A DNA stretch of 49,955 bases from Planctomycetota bacterium (GTDB taxonomy: Bacteria; Planctomycetota; UBA1135), in assembly GCA_022447335.1 (NCBI GenBank), contig JAKVCF010000001.1, forward strand, positions 1-49,955, written 5' to 3'. A model generated the notes under the pieces. That model did no database searches. It worked only from the letters and a program-made list of their open reading frames with translations, and was not told the DNA's origin. Position numbers and translations under genes: made by a program. The stretch's first letter is position 1. Each line of letters starts with the position of its first letter. This document shows positions 8,964 to 17,563 of the stretch, in pieces.

Positions 8964-9878
8964 GTGCTCGCCTTACTAGCCGCTACGCTGATCTGGTCTT
9001 TCAGTTTTGGGATTATTAAGCAGGTGCTTGCCGGAGTTCCTGGCGAGTGGATTGCATTCCTCCGACTAGCCCTAGCGGCGAGTTTTTTCCTGTTAATCGC
9101 CGCGCGCCTTGGACAAGGTGGACCGCGATTGCGACTCGGGGCAATCGGCGGTGTGCAGTTTGGCCTGATGTACGTGCTCTACCTCAAGAGTTACGAGTGG
9201 CTTATGGCTTGGGAAGTCGCGCTCTTCACTGCGTTCACGCCAATCTGGGTGTTGCTATTTGAGGCAAGATGGCGCAAGGGTAGCGCGCCACAGGTGGCAC
9301 ATATCGCTTGGCTGGCGGTGGCTATTTGCGTCTTAGGGGCGTGGCTGATTCGGGCGGATGAAGTCGATCTGCCGCGCTTTGGAGAGGGCTTTTTTTGGGT
9401 CCAAGCAGCCAACCTTTGCTTTGCTTTTGGTCAGGTGGCCTATCGGCGCATACTTGTCGATCGACCCGATGTGCAGGACGCGAGTGCGCATGCTTGGATG
9501 TTCCTTGGGGGCACCTTGGTCGCGGGCATCTTTGCCGGATGGCGGTTCCTTGTCGGATTTTTAAACAGTCCGATTCATGCCATCGAGTCGTTTGCCATCG
9601 ATCTGCAGCAGATGGCCGCTCTGGTCTATCTCGGTCTGGTTGCAGCAGGTTTCGGGTTCCTCCTTTGGAACGCTGGCGCGCGGCAGGTTTCGGCTGGCGT
9701 GCTTGCGACGATGAACAATCTCAAGGTTCCAGGGGCAGTATTGATATCGCTACTGTTTTTTGGCGAGTCTCTCAGTGTGAGCGGTTCTAGCGGCGAAGTT
9801 GCGCGGAAGTGGATCGGGATGGCGTTAGTGCTCGCGGCCGTGCTCGTAGCCGGCTTCGCTGCACGCTCTCGCAGATGA
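8964..9878 (+). CDS. DMT-superfamily (EamA-like) transporter
   Basis: About 10 hydrophobic segments with the two-EamA-repeat layout (LIWSFSFGIIK... at the N-terminus). GTG start taken from the ORF track, so the exact start is uncertain. Confidence 0.7.
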   Translation: MLALLAATLIWSFSFGIIKQVLAGVPGEWIAFLRLALAASFFLLIAARLGQGGPRLRLGAIGGVQFGLMYVLYLKSYEWLMAWEVALFTAFTPIWVLLFEARWRKGSAPQVAHIAWLAVAICVLGAWLIRADEVDLPRFGEGFFWVQAANLCFAFGQVAYRRILVDRPDVQDASAHAWMFLGGTLVAGIFAGWRFLVGFLNSPIHAIESFAIDLQQMAALVYLGLVAAGFGFLLWNAGARQVSAGVLATMNNLKVPGAVLISLLFFGESLSVSGSSGEVARKWIGMALVLAAVLVAGFAARSRR

Positions 9879-9917
9879 ATCAATGTCGCTCTTAGCGTTA
9901 GTGTTGCGATTGAGCAG

Positions 9918-10577
9918 CTACATGCGGACTTCGTGGAGGTCTGTCATGACGTGATGTGCTTCAGCGAACTGCTTGGCAGGCAGCGGGAGCGATGGCACGG
10001 CAATCGTGTAGCATCCCGCAGCAAAAGCAGAGCGCGTTCCGGTCGGCGAGTCTTCAATTGCTAGGCACTCTTCTGCCGCAAAGCCTAGGCGGAAAGCTCC
10101 TTCGAGATAGGGGTCTGGGTGCGGTTTGCTGCGTTCTGAATCAGTCTCGCCCGAGAGCCAAGTCTTGAACCAGCGGCCGAAGTCACCTCGGTCGGCAATG
10201 ATGTCTAACTGCTGGCGCGGCGCCGCAGTGACTACTGCCATCGGCAGCCCAATTTGGTGCAGAGTTTCGAGCAAAGGCACTGCTCCAGGCATCCACTGTG
10301 GCCCATCTTCCTCAAACATACGGATAAAGATCCGACTGCGAATTTTGGTCAGCTCTTCGTTGGTTGGCTCGAGATTGAAGTCAGCTCGCATCGAATTCCA
10401 AAATTCCGATTCATTCCAGCCAATCCAATCGTGAATATGCGGCGCAGCTGCTTGACGGCGACGGTATTTTGCGATGACTTCCATCGCGGAGTTCCAGTGC
10501 AGATGCTCGGAGTCGAGCAGGGTGCCGTCCATGTCAAAGAGGACAGCCGAAGGGAGGGACCAGCTGGGGTGGCTCAT
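9918..10577 (-). CDS. HAD-superfamily hydrolase (beta-phosphoglucomutase/phosphatase-like, subfamily IA)
   Basis: Motif I is VLFDMDGTLLDSE. Later motifs are VVTAAPR, SKPHPDPYL and IEDSPTG. Confidence 0.8.
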   Translation of the reverse strand: MSHPSWSLPSAVLFDMDGTLLDSEHLHWNSAMEVIAKYRRRQAAAPHIHDWIGWNESEFWNSMRADFNLEPTNEELTKIRSRIFIRMFEEDGPQWMPGAVPLLETLHQIGLPMAVVTAAPRQQLDIIADRGDFGRWFKTWLSGETDSERSKPHPDPYLEGAFRLGFAAEECLAIEDSPTGTRSAFAAGCYTIAVPSLPLPAKQFAEAHHVMTDLHEVRM

Positions 10578-10628
10578 CGTGCTGACGGTTGGGGGCGTCC
10601 TAGGTAAGACTTGCCGCCTGGGTTTAGT

Positions 10629-11141
10629 CTAGACCTGATCGGTTTTGTGCGATGGCAACTGCTTTGGTGGAAGTAGCAGGCGCAACTCGCCCTCATTTTC
10701 GTCCAATGCACGCCAGCTTTCGTGTGGCATGTCAATCTGCGCGAGCGCCGCTGTCGGATAGCGAAGTCGCGCGCCGGTCAGCAGCTGCACTAGGCCTGAG
10801 CAGCCCGGTTCGTGCGCGATGACTAGCAGCGTCGTAGTTTTCGCTTCCATCTGTTGGATGCGTCGCAGTAGGCCTTTCGCGTCAGCTAGGTAGAGCTCCG
10901 GAAGTAGTTCGCAATGCGGCGCCTCAGCACCCCAGCCTGCGTCAGACAGAATTTCCCAGGTTTCAATGGTTCGGCGGGCATCCGCGCACAGCGCGCGATG
11001 TGGTTGCGGGCCGGTTTTCGCCGAATACTTGCCCATCGCCTTTACTGCTTTGCGACCACGCTTGGAAAGCGGCCGCTGATGATCAGGCAGGTCGTGGTCC
11101 CAGTCTGACTTGCCGTGGCGGAGGAGTAAGAGGGTGCGCAT
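10629..11141 (-). CDS. Histidine phosphatase family protein (SixA-like phosphohistidine phosphatase)
   Basis: N-terminal LLLLRHGKS catalytic RHG motif. The size (170 aa) and the downstream HEPG motif are typical of SixA-type members. Confidence 0.7.
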   Translation of the reverse strand: MRTLLLLRHGKSDWDHDLPDHQRPLSKRGRKAVKAMGKYSAKTGPQPHRALCADARRTIETWEILSDAGWGAEAPHCELLPELYLADAKGLLRRIQQMEAKTTTLLVIAHEPGCSGLVQLLTGARLRYPTAALAQIDMPHESWRALDENEGELRLLLPPKQLPSHKTDQV

Positions 11142-11163
11142 AGCGGGAAGGCTTCGGATCAGC

Positions 11164-11577
11164 CTACGTGCGCGCTCGTTGGAGCAGGGTGAGGCCAGTA
11201 AGGAGCGTGACGACCATTACGACTTCGGCGAGCAGAAAAGCGATGGTCGGACCACCCTCAGTACCTTGCATCACTGCGCCTAATCCGCGACCGAGTGGAA
11301 GGCCGAGCCAGCACAGCCCGATGGTGCGTACGCGTTCGGTGTGGGGGCTATGTGGTTGAGTTGCTAGTGGTCTTAAGCTACCGAGCAGTAATAGACCCAT
11401 TGCTGCCCACATGCCGCCGTAAAGCGCGCGGATCTCTCCGAAGCCAAAGGCATTCTGCGGTTCGAGGGAGACGCTTTCGGCGGTTTCCTGCGGATAGGCG
11501 AGCCCAAGCAATCCAAATCCGAGCGCAATCAGTCCGTTGAGTGCGATGAGTACGAAGGCGATGCGAGAGGTGTTCAT
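11164..11577 (-). CDS. Small integral membrane protein (DUF4345-like), function unknown
   Basis: Four hydrophobic helices. I prefer the internal ATG at 11577 (MNTSRIAFVLIALNGL...) over the non-ATG ORF-track start at 11649. Confidence 0.45.
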   Translation of the reverse strand: MNTSRIAFVLIALNGLIALGFGLLGLAYPQETAESVSLEPQNAFGFGEIRALYGGMWAAMGLLLLGSLRPLATQPHSPHTERVRTIGLCWLGLPLGRGLGAVMQGTEGGPTIAFLLAEVVMVVTLLTGLTLLQRART

Positions 11578-11697
11578 GGAAAAAATCAGCCTCTTTCCAC
11601 GACTAGTCCGGAAGCAAGTGCTGAACAAGAGTGTGGCACTGAGGTTCAACGTAGTTTAGACGTGGAAGAATGGCGCCGTCTTTTGGTCTATGCAAAA

Positions 11698-11723
11698 CTT
11701 TGAGCTTAGACTTTGAGCTTAGA
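11698..11723. repeat. Perfect tandem direct repeat, 2 x 13 nt (CTTTGAGCTTAGA)
   Basis: Read directly: 11698..11710 and 11711..11723 are identical. The repeat lies in the 185-257 nt divergent intergenic region upstream of hutU. Confidence 0.9.
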
Positions 11724-11834
11724 ATGATCTTTTGAAGACTAGGTATAGGTGATCGTTTTGGTGCGAGTGCACGGGGCGTCATCCTTAGGTGAGGACTACT
11801 TAGTTCGCTGCGGGCTTCCCCGTAGAATGGGGAG

Positions 11835-13520
11835 ATGCCAGTGACCGAACAGGATCTTCTGAAGATTACCCCTGGCGCTCAACAGGCGCCGCATGGCAGC
11901 GAATTGCACTGCAAAGACTGGCACGCCGAAGCGGCCTTGCGCATGTTCCTGAATAACCTCGATGCCGAGGTGGCGGAGCGACCGGAGGATCTCGTTGTGT
12001 ACGGCGGCACCGGTAAAGCAGCGCGTGACTGGGAGTCGGCGCAGAAGATTGTGCACACACTGCAGCGGCTCGAGAGCGACGAGACCATGCTGGTGCAATC
12101 GGGCAAGCCGGTTGCCGTGTTTCGCACGCGCCCTGGAGCGCCCAAGGTGCTGATCGCGAACAGCAACCTAGTCGGCAAATGGGCGACCTGGGAGCATTTC
12201 CGCGAGCTCGAGCGCCAAGGGTTGATGATGTACGGCCAGATGACAGCCGGCTCATGGATCTACATCGGCACGCAGGGCATTCTGCAAGGCACCTACGAGA
12301 CCTTTGCGTCCGCAGCGACCAAGAGTTTTGGCGGAACCTTGAAAGGCACGCTCTCGGTGACGGCGGGTTGCGGCGGCATGGGGGGCGCGCAGCCGCTGGC
12401 CGTGACGATGAATGAGGGCACTTGTCTGATCGCTGACGTTGAGCAGGCGCGCTTGGACTTTCGCCTGCGCACCAAGTATCTCGATGAAGTGCAACCCAGT
12501 ATCGACGCCGCGATTGCGCGCGCACTGCAGGCCAAAGGGGCAGGAGAAGCCGTCAGCATCGGCGTTTGCTGCAATGCGACCGAGCTCCTGCAGACGCTGA
12601 TCGATCGTGACATCACGCCCGAGCTGCTGACCGACCAAACTAGCGCACACGATCCGCTCGGGGGTTATGTGCCGAACAGAATGAGCTTCGACGAGGCCAC
12701 GGCGCTGCGCAAGCGCGACGCCGAGGCTTATCAGGATCACAGCTTTCGCACCATGGGTGAGCACGTGAAGCTGATGCTCGAGCTGCAGAAGCGCGGCTCG
12801 GAGACCTTTGACTACGGCAACAACCTGCGCGGCTTTGCGCAGGAGCGCGCTGGTGTCGAGAACGCCTTCGACTTCCCCGGCTTTGTGCCCGCGTACATTC
12901 GTCCGCTGTTCTGCGAGGGCATGGGGCCCTTCCGCTGGGCGGCGCTGTCGGGTGATCCGGAAGACATTCGCAAGACCGACGAAGCCATCCTGCGGTTGTT
13001 TCCGCACAAGGAATCACTCTGCCGCTGGATCAAGATGGCCGGCGAGCGCGTGGCTTTCCAGGGCCTACCTTCGCGGATCTGCTGGCTGGGTTACGGCGAG
13101 CGTCATATCGCCGGTCTTGAGTTCAACCGCATGGTGCGAGATGGCGAACTGAGCGCGCCGGTTGCACTAGGTCGTGATCACCTGGACTGCGGTTCTGTGG
13201 CCAGTCCCAACCGCGAAACCGAAGCCATGAAGGATGGCACCGACGCCGTGGCCGACTGGCCGTTGCTCAACGCCATGTTGGCGGTAGCCGGCGGTGCAAG
13301 CTGGGTCAGCCTGCACCACGGGGGTGGAGTGGGCATCGGCTACAGTCAGCACTCGGGCCAAGTCATTTGCTGCGACGGCTCAGCTGAGACCGACGAGCGC
13401 ATTCGCGCCGTGTTGACCAACGACCCCGGCATGGGTGTCGTACGTCACGTCGACGCCGGATACGACGAGGCTTTCACCGCCATGCGCGAGCGCGGCGTGG
13501 ACGTGCCAGGCGTGGAATAG
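11835..13520 (+). CDS. hutU: Urocanate hydratase (urocanase)
   Basis: 561 aa with full-length urocanase pattern: [49 protein letters not shown]-like ([12 protein letters not shown]) and [13 protein letters not shown]. Confidence 0.92.
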   Translation: MPVTEQDLLKITPGAQQAPHGSELHCKDWHAEAALRMFLNNLDAEVAERPEDLVVYGGTGKAARDWESAQKIVHTLQRLESDETMLVQSGKPVAVFRTRPGAPKVLIANSNLVGKWATWEHFRELERQGLMMYGQMTAGSWIYIGTQGILQGTYETFASAATKSFGGTLKGTLSVTAGCGGMGGAQPLAVTMNEGTCLIADVEQARLDFRLRTKYLDEVQPSIDAAIARALQAKGAGEAVSIGVCCNATELLQTLIDRDITPELLTDQTSAHDPLGGYVPNRMSFDEATALRKRDAEAYQDHSFRTMGEHVKLMLELQKRGSETFDYGNNLRGFAQERAGVENAFDFPGFVPAYIRPLFCEGMGPFRWAALSGDPEDIRKTDEAILRLFPHKESLCRWIKMAGERVAFQGLPSRICWLGYGERHIAGLEFNRMVRDGELSAPVALGRDHLDCGSVASPNRETEAMKDGTDAVADWPLLNAMLAVAGGASWVSLHHGGGVGIGYSQHSGQVICCDGSAETDERIRAVLTNDPGMGVVRHVDAGYDEAFTAMRERGVDVPGVE

Positions 13521-13577
13521 GCAGATTCAGATCTGCGGTCGGTTTCGTCATTCGAGCGCGTCGCCGACCGAAAGGGA

Positions 13578-14534
13578 TCAGTAGGCAGCGGGAGCGGGCA
13601 GCGGCTTCGTGCCGGCGCTGGTGGTGCGGATTGAGAACACGCGGCTGCGCGCCGTGATGTAAAGCGTCTTGCCGTCCGCGCCTCCAAAGGCGCAGTTCGT
13701 CGGCGCTTCCTCAAGCGGAAGTCGGGCAATCTCAATGCCGTCGGGGTCGAAGACCACGACCCCTTCGCGGGCGGTTGTGTAGAGCCGACCTTCTCGATCG
13801 ACTGCCATGCCATCGCTGAGACCGGGTGTCTGCCACTTGACGCTCATGTTGATGTCATTCACGCCACGGCGGTCGATGTTGTAGGCGGTAATCTGAGCCG
13901 GGGCCGAACGCATGTGCTCCTCCGGGTGTGAGTCGTGCCCGCCGGTGTCCGAGACGTAGAGAGTCTTGAAGTCGGGCGCAAAGGCAATGCCATTCGGCAT
14001 CGCGTGCAGGATGGAAACTTGGACTACCGTTCCCGCGTGCGGGTCAACGCGGTACACGCAGTTGCGGTCGACCTCGCGGCCCTCGCGTTGACGCGGCAGT
14101 CCCCACGGCGGATCGGTAAACCAGACCAGGCCCTCCTCATCGATGGCGAGGTCATTGGGGGAGTTGAGTCGCTTCTCGTTCCAGTGGCTCGCGACCGTTG
14201 TTAACGAACCGTCTTCCTCGGTACACACAATGTCGCGCGCTCCATGACGGCAGGTCATGAGGCGCCCGTTTCCATCGAGCAGGTTACCATTCGGATTTGC
14301 TTCCTCGCGAAAGACGTTCACGCCATCGACTTCGGTCCAGGACATCAGCTTGGCGTTCGGGATGTCGCTGAAGACCAACCTGGACTCGTTTGGAATCCAC
14401 ACCGGGCCTTCGGTAAAGCCCAAGTCCGACGCGATGGTCTGCACCGTCGCTCCTTCTTCAAAAACGGGAAGTTCGCTGAGGGCCGGCGAGCAGCTCGCGA
14501 GAAGGCCAAGGGGGAGGGTGCGCGCAAATCGCAT
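13578..14534 (-). CDS. SMP-30/gluconolactonase/LRE-family beta-propeller protein, lipoprotein-type signal
   Basis: Contains GFTEGPVW, NSPNDLAID, PNGIAFAP and SDGMAVD propeller-blade motifs. N-terminal LGLLASC lipobox. Confidence 0.8.
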   Translation of the reverse strand: MRFARTLPLGLLASCSPALSELPVFEEGATVQTIASDLGFTEGPVWIPNESRLVFSDIPNAKLMSWTEVDGVNVFREEANPNGNLLDGNGRLMTCRHGARDIVCTEEDGSLTTVASHWNEKRLNSPNDLAIDEEGLVWFTDPPWGLPRQREGREVDRNCVYRVDPHAGTVVQVSILHAMPNGIAFAPDFKTLYVSDTGGHDSHPEEHMRSAPAQITAYNIDRRGVNDINMSVKWQTPGLSDGMAVDREGRLYTTAREGVVVFDPDGIEIARLPLEEAPTNCAFGGADGKTLYITARSRVFSIRTTSAGTKPLPAPAAY

Positions 14535-14706
14535 GGGCGGGTAGAATACGGAGTGCGAAGCAACTCATCCTGCTTTGTCAGCGCACAACAGAGTCGAATC
14601 GTTCGCCGTGGCGAATGGCAAACGACTGCGCTGATTTCCCTGCCACGTCCGTCGCTGTTGTACGGGCCGGCGCGCAGCTACGGCTGCCACCGACCTCACC
14701 ACGACG

Positions 14707-16074
14707 ATGACTTCCGCCACTCAAGGTGCGGCGCAGGGCTTTATTGAGCTCGGCCTCAGCGACACCATTCTGAAGGGGATCGACTTTGCCGGCTTCGACA
14801 AGCCGCGGCCGATCCAGGTCCAGACCATTCCCGCTGCGGTCGAGGGCCGCGATGTCCTGGGCCTCGCTCAGACGGGCACGGGCAAGACGGCTGCCTTTGC
14901 TTTGCCAATCCTGGAACGCCTGCGCGAGCACCGCAAGATGCACCCGCGTGCGCTGATCATCGCGCCGACCCGCGAGCTAGCCACGCAGATTGCCGAGCAG
15001 ACCCGCGCACTGGCGCGCCACACCGGTCTCAAGGTCATCACGATCTTTGGTGGTGTCTCGCAGCGTATGCAGACCAGCGCACTGCGCCGCCACCCGGACG
15101 TGATTGTGGGTTGTCCTGGTCGTCTTTACGACCTGTACGAACAGGGCTTCCTGCATCTTGACCAGGTTGAAACGCTGGTGCTCGATGAAGCGGATCACAT
15201 GTTCGACATGGGCTTCCTGCCGACGATCCGCCGGATTTTGAAGCAGTTGCCTAATAATCGGCAGAATCTTCTTTTCTCAGCGACTATGCCCTTGGACATT
15301 CGCGGGCTGGCAAGTGAGATCTTGCATGATCCGCATCAGGTTGAGTTGACAATTCGCCAGCCAGCCCAGACTATCGATCACGCGTTGATAGCGGTTTCAG
15401 AGGATCGTAAGCGCGATCTATTAGACCGCGTGCTGCGCCGCGAAGATTGTCACTCTGCGATTGTGTTCTGTAGGACTAAGCACCGTGCGCGACGTTTGGC
15501 CGACCAACTTTGGAAGAACGGTCACAAGGCCATCGCACTGCAGGGGAATATGTCCCAGAACGCACGTGACCGTGCGATGCGCGGTTTCCGCGAGGGCAAG
15601 TTCCGCGTGCTTGTGGCAACTGACATTGTCGCGCGAGGTATTGATGTGCAGGGCGTGTCCTACGTCCTTAACTTCGATGTTCCCATGACGTCCGAGGCCT
15701 ACACGCACCGTATCGGTCGCACTGGCCGATCCGAGTTGGCTGGTAAGGCGCTGACCTTCTTGACCCAAGCCGATAAACGCTGGCTGAAGGCGACCCAGAA
15801 GATGCTTGGGCGTGAGATTAGGCGCCACAAGGAGAAGGGCTTTGACTCGGGTTACAACGAGCGCAACGCACCGCAGGAGCGAGTCTCTGGAGCCTTTGGC
15901 AAGAAGGCCCAGGGCAAGCAGGGCCCACCAAAGAAAAGGCGCGGCCCTGAGCCTGGTCGTAAGCGTGACAGTCGTCGCGGAGGTGCGCGTGGCAGTGTTC
16001 GCGGCTCGGCCCACGATCCGGCGAATAGTGCCTCTAAGAAAGGTGGGGGGGCACGTCGTGATGGGCGTCGCTAA
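14707..16074 (+). CDS. DEAD-box ATP-dependent RNA helicase with Arg/Gly/Lys-rich C-terminal tail
   Basis: Q motif GFDKPRPIQ, AQTGTGKT, PTRELA, DEAD (LVLDEADHMFD), SAT and HRIGRTGR are all present. Confidence 0.92.
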   Translation: MTSATQGAAQGFIELGLSDTILKGIDFAGFDKPRPIQVQTIPAAVEGRDVLGLAQTGTGKTAAFALPILERLREHRKMHPRALIIAPTRELATQIAEQTRALARHTGLKVITIFGGVSQRMQTSALRRHPDVIVGCPGRLYDLYEQGFLHLDQVETLVLDEADHMFDMGFLPTIRRILKQLPNNRQNLLFSATMPLDIRGLASEILHDPHQVELTIRQPAQTIDHALIAVSEDRKRDLLDRVLRREDCHSAIVFCRTKHRARRLADQLWKNGHKAIALQGNMSQNARDRAMRGFREGKFRVLVATDIVARGIDVQGVSYVLNFDVPMTSEAYTHRIGRTGRSELAGKALTFLTQADKRWLKATQKMLGREIRRHKEKGFDSGYNERNAPQERVSGAFGKKAQGKQGPPKKRRGPEPGRKRDSRRGGARGSVRGSAHDPANSASKKGGGARRDGRR

Positions 16075-16153
16075 CGATCTGTGACAGAGAGCGTATGAGC
16101 GATAGCATTCATGAGTGCCACGCAGCCTTGTCAGCCCAATCTAGTTTATTCAC

Positions 16154-17563
16154 ATGAAGTTTCTCACACTTGCTGCCTTCCTTCTACTGGCCTGCCCTCT
16201 GCTTGCGCAGAACAAGTTAAGGTGGGTGCCCGATGCCGACGTGGCTTTTGAGGCGGCCACCGAAGAAGGGTCTGTCATCTTTGTATCGATCGGATTTGTC
16301 GGCGAGGCGCGTAGCGAGGAGATTCGAAAGAGAGTTTTCGCAGATAAAGCAGTCATAGCTCAGGCTGCGCGAACGATCAACGTGCCCGCTTGGACTTGGG
16401 CGATTGGTGACGAGAGGAGGCTGCCTGACTTCGGGAAGGCGGAGGCGCTCGATCATTCGGCAAATCTCGCGCGTGCGACCAGTGAGTGGATCTCGGTGAA
16501 CGCTCTTGGTACTTTTGCGGCTCCTCAACACCTTTGGTTGAATGGGGCAGGAGAAGTTTTATTGTCGGTGCCGTGGGAGTTAGATGCCGACGAAATGAGT
16601 TGGTGCTTTGATGAGGCGTTGCGCCTGGCAGCCGTGGAGGATCGTCCGGCGCCAACTAAAAAATCTCATCCTCCACGCCGATTACTTTTTGGGGCAGTCA
16701 CCAGCGTGCTTGATGACGATGATCTCGGGCGCGGTCTTACGGATGATGAACTCGAGCCCACGATGAAGCGACTGAAGAGAGGGTACGTGACTGCGCGCAA
16801 TCGTGATGACATCGGCCGCATTATGTTCACAGCAAACGAGGATGGGGCCGAGTTCCTCGGCCAGCAAATAGATATTTGGGCTCTTGGCGGTTCATCGACC
16901 TCCGGGATTATCGACTTTGTCTATGGCCTGATTGGTCTAGTGGCTCCAGTCGAGTTTCTCGAATTGCTGGAGAGCAAAGTTGGTTCACCGCGAGCGAGTT
17001 TGCGTGCGATCATTGCGGTCGGATACGAGCAAATAGGTCATCCGGATGGTTTAAAGGCAGTTAAGAAGGCGCTCAAGAGCGAGAAGGATGAGGTTGTCCG
17101 GCCCGAGTGGGTGCGTGCTTTGGGCGCATGTGCCTCGCGCGACAAGTCAGTTGCGAAGCAGCTGATCAAGTTTGCCGAGAGGGATGACAACTCATTGGTG
17201 CAACTGAATGCAGTACTTGCCCTGGGGCACGTACTACCGCAGCCGGATGCGCGTGATTGGCTAATCGAGATGGCCGAAACGGCTATCGGGGAAAGGCAAT
17301 GTGCTGCGGCGTTAGCGCTCGCTTTGGGCCGTGAGCGCAGTGCAATCGATACACTTAAGAAGCTTCGCGGGGAAGTCAAGCTTGAGGCGAGCATTGCGGC
17401 TTTCGATTCCGCAATCAAAGTGCTTGAAGGCGCCAATCTCTTTGAGCTTGAAGATGCTGTACGCGCGATCGATGGAAGCGACTTACCGCGCCCCCGTCTC
17501 TTTTACCGGCCGAAGTTTGACATACCGGAGAGTGGTGAGGAGAGCGGCGAGGGGGAAGGCTAG
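16154..17563 (+). CDS. Secreted protein: thioredoxin-fold-like N-terminus lacking CxxC, plus C-terminal HEAT/armadillo-like repeats
   Basis: Signal peptide MKFLTLAAFLLLACPLLAQ. C-terminal repeated helical units (RAIIAVGYEQIGHPDGLKAVKKAL..., VQLNAVLALGHVLPQPDARDWL..., RQCAAALALALGRERSAIDTL). The domain calls are tentative. Confidence 0.45.
   Translation: MKFLTLAAFLLLACPLLAQNKLRWVPDADVAFEAATEEGSVIFVSIGFVGEARSEEIRKRVFADKAVIAQAARTINVPAWTWAIGDERRLPDFGKAEALDHSANLARATSEWISVNALGTFAAPQHLWLNGAGEVLLSVPWELDADEMSWCFDEALRLAAVEDRPAPTKKSHPPRRLLFGAVTSVLDDDDLGRGLTDDELEPTMKRLKRGYVTARNRDDIGRIMFTANEDGAEFLGQQIDIWALGGSSTSGIIDFVYGLIGLVAPVEFLELLESKVGSPRASLRAIIAVGYEQIGHPDGLKAVKKALKSEKDEVVRPEWVRALGACASRDKSVAKQLIKFAERDDNSLVQLNAVLALGHVLPQPDARDWLIEMAETAIGERQCAAALALALGRERSAIDTLKKLRGEVKLEASIAAFDSAIKVLEGANLFELEDAVRAIDGSDLPRPRLFYRPKFDIPESGEESGEGEG

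Noticed and set aside
12252-13007. Long antisense ORFs inside well-supported genes. Examples are 12252..13007 and 11866..12525 opposite hutU, 3919..4626 opposite the EEP gene, 5526..6233, 42347..43204 and 42754..43305 opposite the DUF1553 gene, 45269..45847 opposite DUF1501, and 46666..47424 opposite phnD.
   Set aside because: Their translations are Arg/Pro/Ala/Ser-rich and low in complexity, with no motifs. They fully overlap genes that have strong family signatures. Such shadow ORFs are expected in GC-rich coding DNA.
14535-14706. The 172-nt leader upstream of the DEAD-box helicase, considered as a cold-shock-type regulatory 5' UTR.
   Set aside because: I found only weak short inverted repeats and no recognisable cold-box or conserved element. 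The claim cannot be supported without transcript mapping or covariance models.
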